From: Octopus sinensis
Taxonomy: Eukaryota
Assembly (NCBI RefSeq): GCF_006345805.1
Contig: NC_043005.1
Coordinates: 57,350,001 to 57,414,000 of the forward strand
DNA: 64,000 bases
Direction: 5' to 3'
Below, in pieces: positions 23,901 through 37,372 of the stretch (positions within the stretch are counted from its first letter, which is position 1; each line of letters begins with the position of its first letter). The translations under genes and the position numbers were made by a program. The notes beneath the pieces are model-generated. The model did not search any database. It was not told the DNA's origin and was given only the letters and a program-made list of their open reading frames with translations.

Positions 23901-25563
23901 TACATAACTCCATGTCCCCCTACATGGCCTTGCTTTTTGCTTTTTGAGCCAAATAATTAACTTAACTTAACAAAGCATCACTGGTTGTCAAGTGGTAGGT
24001 TGGAAGACAAATACAGACACAAAAACACACACCCATATATATACGATGATATGCAGTTTCCAATCTCCTAAATCCACTCACAAAGCAGTGCTTGGCCTGG
24101 GGCTATAGTAGAAGTCACTTGCCCAAGATGCCATGTTGTCGGACTGAACCTGAAATCATATGGGTGCAAAGCAAGCTTCTTAACCAGGCAACCATATCTG
24201 TACCTTTTGGTTGACAATGCAAACATGTATCTGGTTTTATGAGGAGCCACAGGATGATTGGGATCCAGTGGGTAGGCACAATATGCATTTGAGGCATTGA
24301 TATTCACTGAGTCCTGTAGTTATATCAGTTCACGTGGATAATTGTGCTCTTCATTCATGAATGAACTGATTGATTTCCTGGATCCTGTTCTCTCTGTCTG
24401 TCTGTCTGTCTCTCTTTCTATTTCTATAACACAAACATATCCGATTGTATACATGCATATGTATGTAAGCCATTGAAATAAAAAAATTCAGCAATGTTAT
24501 ATAAATGTTGACATTAGTCTTCACACCCATTTGCATATGCACACACATACACATGCACACATAGAATCGTAAAGTGAGTCTAAATGAAATATCATTAATC
24601 CAGCACATAGCTTCCCTCTTATTGTTTGAAACAGTTAACTCCTCTACATATTTTGCCATTTAAGACCTGCTTCACCTCCTCTTTTTCTTGACCTTCCTGT
24701 CTTTCTATTCTCTCTTGTTCTATGCCCTCTTACTCATCCCCTCTCTCCAGTGCTGCTTGCCCCTCTCATCAACACTACTCTACTGTTACCCCCCCTCTTG
24801 CACATGCTACTCCTCCTGCTACTCCCTATCTGACATATGCTACCTGTTGATGCTTGCTGGCACAGAAACTTTTATGAACTTAGTATTTTCTGGACAACGT
24901 CTGCCTAAGAGGAAGAATTCTGTTGAAACCATAACCTGTGGGAAAAACCCATTGTCTCCATTTACTTTCTGATAGATGTTGCTAACTTCATACTGCAACT
25001 TCTATTATTGCTATTATTGTTGTTGTTGTTATCATTGAGCTTACAGCACCTTCAGCTTACCTGTGTTTCCTTCTCTCCTCTGTGTACATATGAGTGTATA
25101 TGTTTCTGCTTGAATATGTAAGAAGGAAGTGTGACCTCCACTGCCCTCTTCACATCGACCTTCTATACACATCTCATCTACCAACACCAGCCTATTATTT
25201 CACACTCTGTCACCCTCCATTTTGCCTTACAAATAATGTTGAATGTTGTTTGTAAGCATCTCACCAAGCTTTGTGTTTTTCACCTTGAACACTAACGAAG
25301 TGGATTTGACAGCATTATGACATCTGCGTAGTAACAATGGTTGTTCTGAAACCTGTGTGTTTTAAAGCTTGAAATACAATTTATGCTTTCTTTGCTGCTT
25401 ATTACTTTCTTTCTCTCTCTCTGTATGTGTATCATGGTACGATATGAACATTTAACGTGGTTTTTAGAATCAGGGTTTTGACTGTTATTTTCCCATGCTG
25501 GCCACTTTATAATATCGATATTTAAATATCGATATTATCCTTATTTATAGATATATATATATT

Positions 25564-25795
25564 CGTGCCGGTGGCACGTTAAAAGCACCAACCGATCGTG
25601 GCTGATGCCGAACTCCCCTGGCACCTGTGCAGGTGGCACGTAAAAAGCACCCACTACACTCGCGGAGTGGTTGGCGTTAGGAAGGCCATCCAGCTGGAGC
25701 CTGGTGCAGCCCCTGGCTTCCCAGACCCCGGTCGAACTGTCCAACCCGTGCTAGCGCGGAAAACGGACGTTAAACGATGATGATGATGATGATGA
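25564..25795 (+). mobile_element. RTE-type 3'-UTR copy with (GAT)n tail
   Basis: gtgccggtggcacg motifs, gtggttggcgttaggaagg, ggaaaacggacgttaaacgatgatgatg. Confidence 0.8.
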
Positions 25796-26933
25796 TATAT
25801 ATATAAAGAATAAAAAGTTTTTGATGGTACAACAATGCACTATAATATAGACAATAAGCTATATACCTGTTGTAATTTAGTCATCCATACTCTGATATAT
25901 TTCGGAATAATATTCCTTCTTCAGATATTCTTAGATGGAGTCTTTGAATACATAGATTCAACCACCAAAACAAAATATGCAATAAATCATCAAATTGTTT
26001 TAGCATATAATAAACACAGTATTGGAATATACATTAAAATATTGCACAAGGGAATTACAAAGGAACATGGAAGAAAACAAGAAAAAAAAAGTACACGCAT
26101 AATGGGTTGTAGCCATGCTCAATTTTTTGTCATTTGTTGATCAAATGCTGTCACAAGTTTGCTCTACATGATTCTAACTAACAAGTTAGCTTTACTGAGA
26201 AGTTCTGATGAATTTATTGATGCAAAAGATTTAAATTTTGGTAGCTAGAATGCTTCTTTGAAGGAAGGGAAAATGTTCTGGGACTGAAATGAATAAGGTA
26301 TTCAATGAGAACTACTTATGAAGTGTGTGCATGTGCACGTATATGTATGTGTACATATGTGGATGATATGACAACAGTTCAACAATTATTTTTCTTTTTA
26401 GTGAAAAGCAAATTGGGAAGTAATAAAATCACATTCATTATGTAGAACAGTCTGTTTTGATGATTATATGAAGAATGGTCTGCACTTCAAGGACTGCAGG
26501 AAGTTGTTTTATTTTGTAGCAGCATTTACTGAAAGAGCTGTGATAATAAGGCTGCTGATGGCAAGAACCATCTGTTGTGTTACTATGAAACTGTTTGTTT
26601 GTGTCACTGCTTTCTGTTTATAATTAAGATTGTTCTATCATTTCATCCAGTGATTATTAGTTGCACCTGTTTTTATAGCAGCATACTAATAATTAATTGG
26701 TTGAAAATTCAATTTAATTTGGCTGTCAACTAAATCTGTGGGTGTAATTTTTCTTTCTTGCTAGTACACCAGTAATGTTGTTGACCTTTTTTGATGGGGT
26801 GAGGAGTGAGAAATGTTTGTGTGTATGCTTGCATCTACTTGTAGAAATCATTTAAAGACAATTCACAAATATGTAAAATATGTGCATGTACACACACATA
26901 CTCTTATTTTGAGTATAAATCCTACATAGTTAT

Positions 26934-27165
26934 GTTTCTTTATTACCCACAAGGGGCTAAACATAGAGGGGAAAAACAAGGACAAACAAACGAATTAAGT
27001 TGATTATATCTACCCCAGTGCATAACTGGTACTTATTTAATCAACCCCGAAAAGATGAAAGGCAAAGTCGACCTGGGCGGAATTTGAACTCAGAACTTAA
27101 CAGCAGACGAAATACGGCTACGCATTTTGCCCGGCGTGCTAATGTTTCTGCCAGCTCGCCGCCTT
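26934..27165 (-). mobile_element. tRNA-derived SINE family B
   Basis: Minus strand aaggcggcgagctggcagaaacattagcacgccgggc...gttctgagttcaaattccgcccaggtcgactttgcctttcatc; many other copies (27905-28095, 31500-31725, 44060-45058, 62055-62480). Confidence 0.85.
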
Positions 27166-29474
27166 TAATCCTACATTGTGGGTGTTTGTACAGAGAGAGA
27201 GAGAGGGTAGTGTCTGCTGCCCTACCCTGTGTGTTTATTCACAGCACATGCCTGTCATATTCTAGCACCAACGATCTGGAATGTGGTCCCTTTTCCCAGA
27301 GGGTTATAAATAATTTAACCCACTTGATGTCAAATCTGCCTGAAGCTACATCAAGTTCTAAAATATGAAATCTTGTTGTGAAATGTTTGTCTAAACTGAA
27401 ACCTTCCACTGTAATTTTATCTAAAAACCAATTGCTAAGACAGGTTCTTAGCATCATCTTAATTTTAAAATGCTAAGTCTGGAGCGAAATACTTCCACAT
27501 TCTTGATAAACTCTCAAAAGTAATTAAAATATTTAGATGCTGCGTATATCATTAAAACATGACCTTGAAAGGGTCTGTGAGATGATTCTCTGAGATGAAA
27601 AAAGCATAATTCAATTTTCTTCCACCCCAAATCTGACATGCTTTAGAAATACAGAGAATGAGTTGTGTAATGTCTGAGGTTGTATATATTTCAGAGAGTA
27701 AAAAATAGTAAATCTGCACTTATTAGGTTTCCTTATATCTTTTATCTTTCACTTGTTTCATTCATTCATTTAACTGGCCATGCTGGAGCGCCAACGCCAG
27801 TACTTTTTTTTAAAACTTGGTACTCATTCTATCAGCCTCTTTTGACAAACTGCTAAGTTATGAGGATGTAAACAAACCAACACTTGTCAAATGGTGATGA
27901 GGACAAGTTCAAGGAGGGAGTAAGTCAATTACATTGATCCCAGTACTTAGTTGGTACTTATTTTATTGACCCCTGGGAGGATGAAAGGCAAAGTCAACCA
28001 CGACAGAATTTGAACTCAGAACGTAAGGGCGGATGAAATGCTGCTAAGCATTTTGCTTGGCAACCTAATGATTCAACCAGCTTGGTGCCTTACCTTTTAG
28101 AATGAAATATAAGAAATTACATTAAAAAAAAATAATAAAATTGGTGTATTGAAAGAAGTACAGGCAATTCTTTGCACATAAATTTCAAGAAAAGAAATCT
28201 TATATGGATCCTCAAGGGTTGTATGGACCCTGGTTGAGAACCACTGGGTTAAACATAAAACTATGTTAAGGGTTTGATTTGCATTTCTATTTATTCATGG
28301 GAAAACAAACCCTGACAAGAAATGGTGTATCTCTTGAACTAATAGGTAAGATTTGCTGGAATCCTACTCCACGTTTGTTCTCATGAAGCTCTACCAGCTG
28401 TTTATTTACTCAGGGTGCCTATATCATTATTGTTGTTGTTTAACTCTAAGGCACCCTTGGTAGAGAATGTTTATGATTAAAGACATTCCAACTAAAATCA
28501 CCATCTTTTTCTAGAGGCATAAAGGCATCTGTAACTACATTATGCATATGACTTTCCTACTTAGTAAAATATTAAGTGTTATATGAGGGAGCTTTGGCTG
28601 CTATTCTATTTTAAGCATATTAAGTAACCATATAGGTGATTCCTCTTTAACTTGCACATAGTAGCTACTCTTGTAGATGATAATCCTTATTTGAATCTTT
28701 ACTGCTGCTGTCGGCAACATTCTGTCTAGCTGTATAATTTAACTTCCAGACCTTCATTTTCTTTAGTCTTTGTATTGTCTGTTTGCACAGAAGTTTTTAA
28801 AAAATGCTTATTTCATATAGAATAATAGTGCATTAACCCTTTTATTACCAGCCAGCTTTGAGACCAATGTCAAATCTGAAATCTGATTATAATGTTCAGG
28901 TTTAAACAGAGATAATACGTCCAAATTGCTCATATTTATATAGACATAAAATTGCTATGCAGCATAAAAACACTGCCAGATGTTTGAATTAATAACGAGG
29001 CTAGCTTGTACAATAAAAACAATTTTTATCTCACACTCTTCACAAGTAAATTATTAAATAGAATAAAGTTGATATTTCGGTAATGCAATACCCTATTCAA
29101 AGCTTGCAATACCCTATCTTGGTTGTACAGTACTCTATTCAAAATAATAACACCAACAGAGAAATTAAATGAAGTGGGGTATTGGATGTTCTCAAACTGG
29201 GAGCAGCTAATATCCCAATGCATTTTGTTTGTTTCTTATCATTTTCCATGCTTTGTGTATTGTAATACTGATACATCAGTGTCATGCTGTTTTACAGTTT
29301 ATTTAGGAATATATTAAGATAAATTGCTTTTTAATATGTTGCATCCTTTTCTTATGTATTCATTTGTTTATATTTAAATTAAAATCTCTATAAAATCTCA
29401 TGACATGAGTAATACCAGGAGATTTCAGTTGCAAAGTAAACCAACAAAGGAGTATGTCAATGAGATATCTACAT

Positions 29475-29716
29475 CAGTGGTTCTCAACCCAAGTCCATAT
29501 AGCACTTGGGGGTCCATAGAAGATTTTGTTATTAAAGTTTATGAGCAATAAATTAGTTATACTTTTACAATACACAAAGTATTTTCACAATTTTCTTATA
29601 TACAATTCCTCATATTCAATTATAAAAATATAGGACTTTTTTTTTAACAGGGGGATTCAGTAGAGTGAAAAGAGAATCAGTGGTGTCCATAGGCAAAATG
29701 TGGTTGAGAACCACTT
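29475..29716. mobile_element. hAT-type MITE with 8-bp TSD
   Basis: TIR cagtggttctcaacc / ggttgagaaccactt; flanks atctacat (29467-29474) and atttacat (29717-29724). Confidence 0.85.
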
Positions 29717-29983
29717 ATTTACATGGTCAATAACACTACTAATAATAGCAGTCAAATCTCTTTAGAGTGGACCCACTGGATAATGTAGTCCTAGATATAC
29801 ACTGAAGTCAATGAGATATCTTCTACATGGTCTCTAAAACTGTTAGAAATAGCAGTCAAGTCTCTTTTGGAAGGACATGTTGGATAATGTAGTCTTAGAT
29901 ATACACTACCTCATGAAAGAGATGGTCAAGGCTGAAAGAACATTGATTGTTGGTCTGCTGAATCACAGCTGATCTGGTATTAA

Positions 29984-30205
29984 CCCTTTCGTTACTGTAT
30001 TTATTTTGAGATGCTCTGTGTTTCTTTCAATTATTTTAAAATATAACAAAGAATTTAGTAAAATAACTTAGTTATCATTCAGCTAGTGTTAGGAACATAA
30101 ATTGTGACTAAGGTTTGGTGGAAGATTTCAATTCAAAACTTATGAAAACAAGACATTTGTACTACAGAGCCAGAGCCGGTTTCAGCCGGGTTAGTAACAA
30201 AAAGG
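29984..30205. mobile_element. piggyBac-type MITE (same family as 5291-5497, inverted)
   Basis: TTAA-ccctttcgttac...gtaacaaaaagg-TTAA; internal sequence near-identical to the reverse complement of 5291-5497. Confidence 0.9.
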
Positions 30206-30343
30206 TTAAAGAAGCACCAATGTTTTAAATTTCAGATATTGTTTTTACTAAACCTCTCAAAATATTTTATGACATAGAAAGTTAATTGAAACACATAGTC
30301 TATTTATTGTGTGTGTTTGTTTCATGAAAGGGTTGAAGAGTTC

Positions 30344-30705
30344 GAGCATGGCTGTGTGGTTAAGAAGCTCTCTTTGTAACCATGTGGCTCTGGGTTCGAC
30401 CCTATTGCGAGGCATCTTGGACAAGTGCCTTTTACAATAGCCCTGGACCTACGAATGCTTTGTGAGTAAATTTTGTGGGTGGAAACTGTGTGGAAGTCTG
30501 TTGTGTGTGTTTTTGTGTTTGCCCCATCTCTAATGCTTGACTATTGGTGTTGGTTTGTTTATGTCCCTGTAGTTTAGCAGTTTGGCAAAAGAAACTGATA
30601 CAATAAGTATCAACTTAATAAGTATTGGAATTGATTTGTTTGATTAAATATTTCAAGGTAGTGTCCCAGGATGGCTGATATCTAATAACTGAAACAAGTA
30701 AAAGA
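30344..30705 (+). mobile_element. diverged SINE family A
   Basis: Same head, core and tail order as 39585-39978, more substituted. Confidence 0.8.
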
Positions 30706-32984
30706 TTCCTCTAAACCTAGACAAGTTCAGTTAAGAGTTCTATTGATTTGAAATATGGAGAACTTATTTTCAAAACCTTCATATTCTGAAGAATAATAAC
30801 CTGCATAAATCAAACTGTCACATTAGATTTGAAGGTGGTTTTGTTAGAAAAATGGTGAATCAATAAAGATACCTATTTTAAAAAAAAATTGTCAGATTCA
30901 ACCATGAAGCAAACTAAGTATCCACTATGTTGGTAAATTGTTTGGCTTTAAAGAATAAACAAAATGAAAATATTGAAATACTTCATGATTTTGAGAAAAG
31001 TTACAGAGCAGAAAACAGTTATAGAGTAGAAATAAGTAGAAAACAGCATTGTTCTAGTTTTGAATGTATTTTCCTGAGAGGAGGAGGAATAATAATAATA
31101 AGAATACTTGAAATTTTGATTCAAGGCTAGCAGTTTTCAGGTTTTATCAACCCTGAAAGGATGAAAGGTGAAGTCAACCATGACAGAATTTGAGCTAAGA
31201 ATATGAAGACATGAAATGCCACTAAGCATTTTGTCCTGCATGCTAACAATTCTGTCAGCTTGTTGCCTTAACCCTTTAGCATTCAGAGTAAGTTATCAAA
31301 TGTAATGTTCATGTATCCATATTTTAAAAAATTAATCACATATTATCTTGTAGCTTCAAGATTTTAAAGATGTAATCATTTAATTTTAGAATGACATTGT
31401 AGGGTAGGTGGAAGAGACTGGATCTGGCCAGTTTGAACATAAAACAGATAGACCATTTGGGCTGGATATGGCCGGTTTAAATGTTAAAGGGTTAATAATA
31501 ATAATGGTAATCATTTCTAATACAGGCGCAAAGCCTGAAGTTAGGGTAGGGCGGGGATGGGGTAAGTCAATTACATTGACCCCAGTGCTCAACTGGTACT
31601 TATTTTATCAATTTCAAAAAGGATGAAAGGCAGAGTCGACCTTGACAGAATTTGAACTCAAGAGTGTTAAGATGGAAGAAATGTCACTAAACATTTTTGT
31701 TCTGCATACTAAAAGTTCGATCAACCCACCCCCTTAATAATTATAATCATAATAATTGTTCCTAACATTGGCATAATGCCAGGAATTTTACAAGAGGGGA
31801 GCAGTCAATTAAATCATCCCAGTAATTAACTGATACTTTATTCTACTGACTCTGGAAGCCTGAATGGCAAAGTAGACTGTGAAATTGGAATATAACATTG
31901 TAGAGTACATTGTCTGATGCTGTAACCATTCTGCTTCTACTAATAATTATTTTTTCGAAGTAGCAATTTGGCAGAGTTGCCAGAGCACTGTATAGAATAC
32001 AGAGCAACATTTATTTTTATTCTCTGAGTTCAAACCCTTTCAAAGTCTACTTAGCTTTTTATTTTTACAAGGTCAGTGAAAAAGTAACAATTTTGGGCAC
32101 TGGAATACTGGAACTGTTAATGGATTGGGCAAGATGCATTGCAGCATCTGTTTCAGCAATCTGCAATTCTAACAGTAATGCTTATAGTGACACAAGATAT
32201 ATTAGCCCATGTTGGTGACCTTTACTTTCAATAAAACGTCCATAAGACTGCAGCCGTCCTGGAACACTGCCTTGAAAAGTTTTTAGTTGAACAAACTGAC
32301 CCCAGGACATATTTTTTAAGCCAAGTACTTATTTTATCGGTCTCTTTTGCTGAACTGCTAAGTTATGGGAGACGTAAACACATTAAGTGGTGATGGTGGG
32401 GACAAACACACACACACACACACACACACATACATACATACACACACAATGAGTTTCTTTCAGTTCCCATCTACCTAATCCATTCAAGGCTTCAGTTGGC
32501 CCGAGGCTATAGTAGAAGACACTTGTCCAAGTGCCATGCAGTGGGACTGAACCCAGAACCATGTGGTTGGGAAGCAAGCTTCTTACTACACAGGCACACA
32601 GAAACACACATTCATATATATATATATATGTACACATGTGTAGGATTCTGCTGAAGGATCTATTTCATCTTCACTAGATTGTTACTCAGCGGCATAGTGA
32701 CAGGTAATGGCTAGTACATCTATATATCTGTATGTATGTGAAATTGTTAAACTAAAAACATGTTAAAAATCTGCAGACTCATTTTGATTATATCATGGCT
32801 TCAGCGCAAAACCTTTCGTTACAGTTTGCCTGAATTTAACATCTCTGCTTGTCTTTCACTCCCATTTTGTTGTTTTAGACTTCTATTAGCGTGACTGACG
32901 AGACACAGTAGAACTAACAAAACCTAAACTGATTTCAGAAAATAGAAAAAAAAAATGATATTACTGATGCTATAGGAAATATAT

Positions 32985-32987
32985 ATA

Positions 32988-33063
<76 letters not shown>

Positions 33064-33300
33064 ATATGTGTATATGTATGTGTGTGTGTATATGTGTATA
33101 TGTATGGTGTGTGTATATGTGTATATGTATGTGTGTGTGTATATGTGTATATGTATGTGTGTGTGTATATGTATGTGTGTGTGTATATGTGTATATGTAT
33201 GTGTGTGTGTATATGTGTATATGTATGTGTGTGTGTATATGTGTATATGTATGTGTGTGTGTATATGTATGTGTATGTGTATATGTATGTATCTGTAAAT
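32985..33300. repeat. (TA)n plus ~26-bp higher-order TATG/TG repeat
   Basis: Repeating unit approximately atatgtgtatatgtatgtgtgtgtgt. Confidence 0.9.
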
Positions 33301-33612
33301 GTAATATGTGACAATTATTCGGTAACCATGATAAAAATAACATATTACATTTACAGATAAATTCCTCTATTTACATAATATCGAGGTCTCTTTCATTCTT
33401 TTGTTGTCTTACCATTTTTATCAATAAATATATATATATATACATATATATATATTTATATATATGTTCACTAGAGAGGTTGTCGTGGCATTTTAAAGGT
33501 GAACTTTTTATTTAATTTATTGAAGGTAATCTATGTAGCATATATCTCTTTTACTCTTACTTGTTTCAGTCATTTGACTGTGGCCATGCTGGAGTACCGC
33601 CTTTAATCAAGC

Positions 33613-33701
33613 AAATCATTATGCATAGTTAATAATATCAGGGTAATAAAGATTTCTAAAATCTTTATTACCCTGATATTATTAATTATGTATAATGATT
33701 T
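33613..33701 (+). repeat. 89-nt near-perfect palindrome (43-bp arms, 3-nt loop)
   Basis: Arms 33613-33655 and 33659-33701 checked base by base; the only two non-Watson-Crick pairs (33623:33691, 33628:33686) are G:T. Confidence 0.95.
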
Positions 33702-35783
33702 CTGGAAAATTTGTTCGAAGAAATTGCCAGCATTGTCTTGCTGCCGACAAAAAACTGCACTTGCGCGTTGGATTTGAAAAATTTAAATGTGTAAATAAGA
33801 GGCACAGCTGGATTGGCCTCGTGGTTATATGTTTAATCTTGGCGTAGCTGTTGACGAAGACTTTGCCTGGCAAATTATTTTATTTTCTAAAAAAAGTCAG
33901 AAACCATGGTCCAGGAAATAGATGGTAAATGTTTTCATTTTTCATTCCCTTCAAGATTTTATTCCTAATTAGTGGTTTGGACTTTAGCTGTTCCTTCTAG
34001 CATAAGAGAGTCCTATGATGGAAACCTCTTAATGTGGTTAAATGTACACTGTATTTTATATATATGTGTGAAAGTATACTGTTCTATGAAGGTAAGATCA
34101 ACAAAAAAGTACTCCATCTGGTGAAAGATAACTATTGTTTAATAAGCTCAGTATATATATATATTTCTATGAGCTACTAATAATTTTGTGGAATGAAAAT
34201 TACTCAGACAGCATTTTGTAACATGTCTGGTGTCTTCAAGCAATCTTCAGGCTATGCAGCAATTTATGAGTTATAAAATCATCTTCAAATAGTTAATCTA
34301 CTTTGGACTAAATATTCTTGCGCAAATTGATTTTATTCATAAAAGTACTGATCACTGACGATGCAAAGGTTTTTTTTTTTTATTTTTGTTATTATTTTAC
34401 CTTTTCTCTTATATTTATGTATGTTTACCTGTTTGTATGCAATGATAAAAGTTTTCTCATTCTATACAAACAACCCATTCACCAAGACACTTTTAATACA
34501 AAAGTTTATATCTCTGAATGGTCATTAAATTATTATTATGGTTGTATGTAATGTTGACTAACAAATTAACACAATGCCCATTTTCTTTCTATGTAAAGGT
34601 TATCAAATATAACTTTTCATTTTTTTTAATGTTACCTTTTCAAGTTATCTTGAAGTAGAACAAACATTCTCTTGTATATTTGTGCCATGTAACTACTGTT
34701 GAGAAGCATAATTTTTATCTTATGCTAGATATTCAACAAATTTCATTTGTTCCTCTTTTACATTTGGTTTTCCATGCTAGCATGGGTTGGAGGATAATGG
34801 ATGAATATATATATAATTGAAGGCACTGTTTTACAACGGAATGCCCTTACCCATTTTTCAAGTAAAGAACTTTTGATTCAACTCTGAAACCACATAGATT
34901 GGCTCTCTTGTGCAAAATTGCAGAGTGTTAACATTCACGTGTACTCAGAAATAAACACAGGTACACACATACATTCACATGTGCATGCACACTCACACAC
35001 CTGCATGGGCATATATGCACATGTTCACATTCATGCAGACACACAGATATACAAACACACAGTGTGCACACACAAACATACAGCATGTTTGTGTATTTCT
35101 AATAGCAGCTATCCTCCTGTTTTAGATGTGTGAACAGTACTTTAGTGTGCTTTATATGGAGCCAGCAGCTGTTCAGAGCTAAGTTAATTTTTAGATCTGA
35201 AGAGAAGACCTAGTCTTTGATCTGTACTTTAGGCAATGCTGTGTGTGTGTCTATTACAGTAGTATTGGCACCAAGCAGTGATTAGGCATAAGCAAACTTT
35301 AGCTTAGTTAGAATATGTCTGTGACATATTTCAACTTCTAAAGGCAAATTCACTGCAGTTACTGTGAAGAAAAACATTCTCTTATGGTAAAAAGTGTTAA
35401 AAAACACCATATCTGTCCAATGCTGCCCCCTTTCAGATCCCCAGGCATATTTCTAGCTCTTTAGCCATTATCAGTGGGAAATACAGAAGAGCTGCAACTC
35501 TGGACAAACTTAAAGCTGTAGCTTTAGCTAAAACCCAGTCAACAACAGTGACTGATTTGTACCATTGGGCTGTCAGGTCAGAAAAAATTACAGTATCAGT
35601 GCCAAGAGTGTTTAGGCATAAGTGAACTTTAGGTTAGTTAATATATGTTTGTGACATATTTCAACTTTTAATGGCAAATTCACTATAGTTAACATGGATT
35701 CACTTGAGAGTGATGACTGTTTTGGTGAATGCTGTTTCTTCATTTAGTTTTTTAATAGGGATGTTATTGAATTCAAATTATGT

Positions 35784-36117
35784 GAAGGCGCATGGCTCAG
35801 AGGTTAGAGCATTGAGCTTACGATTGTGAGGTTGTGAGTTTGAAACCCGGACCGGGCTGCATGTTGTGTTCTTGAGCAAGACACTCTGTTTCACGTTGCT
35901 CCAGTTCACTCAGCTGTAGAAATGAGCTGTGACGTCACAGGTGCCAAGCTGTATCCGCTATTGTCCTTCCCTTGGATAACACTGGTGGCATGGAGAGAGG
36001 AGGCCAGTATGCATGGTGACTGCTGGTCTTCCATAAACAACCTTGCCCGGACTTGTGCCTGGGAGGGTAACTTTCTAGGTGCAATTCCACGGTCAGTCAT
36101 GACCGAAGGGGAGTCTC
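35784..36117 (+). mobile_element. tRNA-derived SINE family C
   Basis: gcatggctcagaggttagagc A box, gagtttgaaaccc B box, gtgttcttgagcaagacact core. Confidence 0.8.
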
Positions 36118-36181
36118 AGTATTGAGTTCAAATTAAGTCTAGGAAAGAATTTTTAAGTTTGCAGTGATTATAAATTTCAGG

Positions 36182-36385
36182 TTAAATTCTATGAATATGC
36201 TGATTAGGGTTTTCTTGCAAATATTTAACATTATGGGAAACAATTAGATTATCATCTTTTATGATCCTATGCTGGGTACTTTGATTTTTTTTTTTTGCAT
36301 GGTGTTCGTATTGTGTGCATAGGCTTACTAGTTTGTAGACTTCTGCAACATCAAAACTTCCCATGAATACATCATAATACACCAG
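36182..36385 (-). pseudogene. decayed RT fragment of a second Penelope-like lineage
   Basis: YDVFMGSFDVAEVYKLVSL...IIKDDNLIV resembles the FDVTMGSFDGAExCELVG...YRDDGL signature of a PLE RT. Confidence 0.6.
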
Positions 36386-36909
36386 AGAGCACTAATTTCC
36401 ATGTTATACGTATGCATGTACACACAGTATATATTTTGTTGTACTGAATTGTGTGTGAAAGAGTGATAGAGAGAGAGAGAGAGAAAAAGAGAGCAAGACA
36501 GAAGGGGAGTGAGAGAAAGATATATAGATAAAACAAAAGGAAAAAATAAAAATCATACTTTATGCCATGACTGCTTCCAGCTACCAATATTTCCAATGTT
36601 GTTACCTTGGCAACAGAAGCTAGCAGTTCACAGTTACTATGACTACTGCATGCTGCTTCAGAAACAGGGCATATTCAGCATACACACTAATGAACTTTTA
36701 AGCACACTGTCCTGCTACTGCCTTATAGATGTCACTCTTGAGATTATGATAGTGATTTAATGGCTGTGATAATGGTGGTGGTGCCGGTGATGCTGGTGTT
36801 TACAATGTTTGCTGATAAAAATGTTAGTCACACTGAAAGTAATTTAGTTGTTGTTTAACCCTAGGTCAGCTCTGATCAAACAGGCATATCATGATTAGGG
36901 ATATTCAAG

Positions 36910-37126
36910 CTCTTTTACTCTTTACTCTTTTACTTGTTTCAGTCACTTGACTGCAGCCATGCTGGAGCACCGCCTTTAATCGAGCAACTCGACCCCGGGA
37001 CTTATTCTTTTGTAAGCCCAGTACTTATTCTATCGGTCTCTTTTGCCAAACCGCTAAGTAACGGGGACATAAACACACCAGCATCAGTTGTCAAGCAATG
37101 CTAGGGGGACACACACAGACACACAA

Positions 37127-37185
<59 letters not shown>

Positions 37186-37372
37186 ATATATACACATATA
37201 TACATATATACGACGGGCTTCTTTTAATTTCCGTCTACCAAATCCACTCACAAGGCTTTGGTCGGCCCGAGGCTATAGTAGAAGACACTTGCCCAAGGTG
37301 CTACGCAGTGGGGCTGAATCCGGAACCATGTGGTTGGTAAGCAAGCTACTTACCACACAGCCACTCCTGCGC
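36910..37372 (-). mobile_element. well-preserved full-length SINE family A
   Basis: Reverse complement of head gcgcaggagtggctgtgtggtaagtagc and tail gactgaaacaagtaaaagagtaaagagtaaaagag. Confidence 0.93.

Noticed and set aside
25286-25325. Hammerhead-like ctaacga-agtgg in a probable PLE terminal relic
   Set aside because: Core mutated, and the stem II partner and GAAA are missing.
32889-32915. ctgacga-gac-acagta-gaac hammerhead-like start
   Set aside because: CUGANGA is present but the stem II 3' strand and GAAA are absent; at most a dead remnant.
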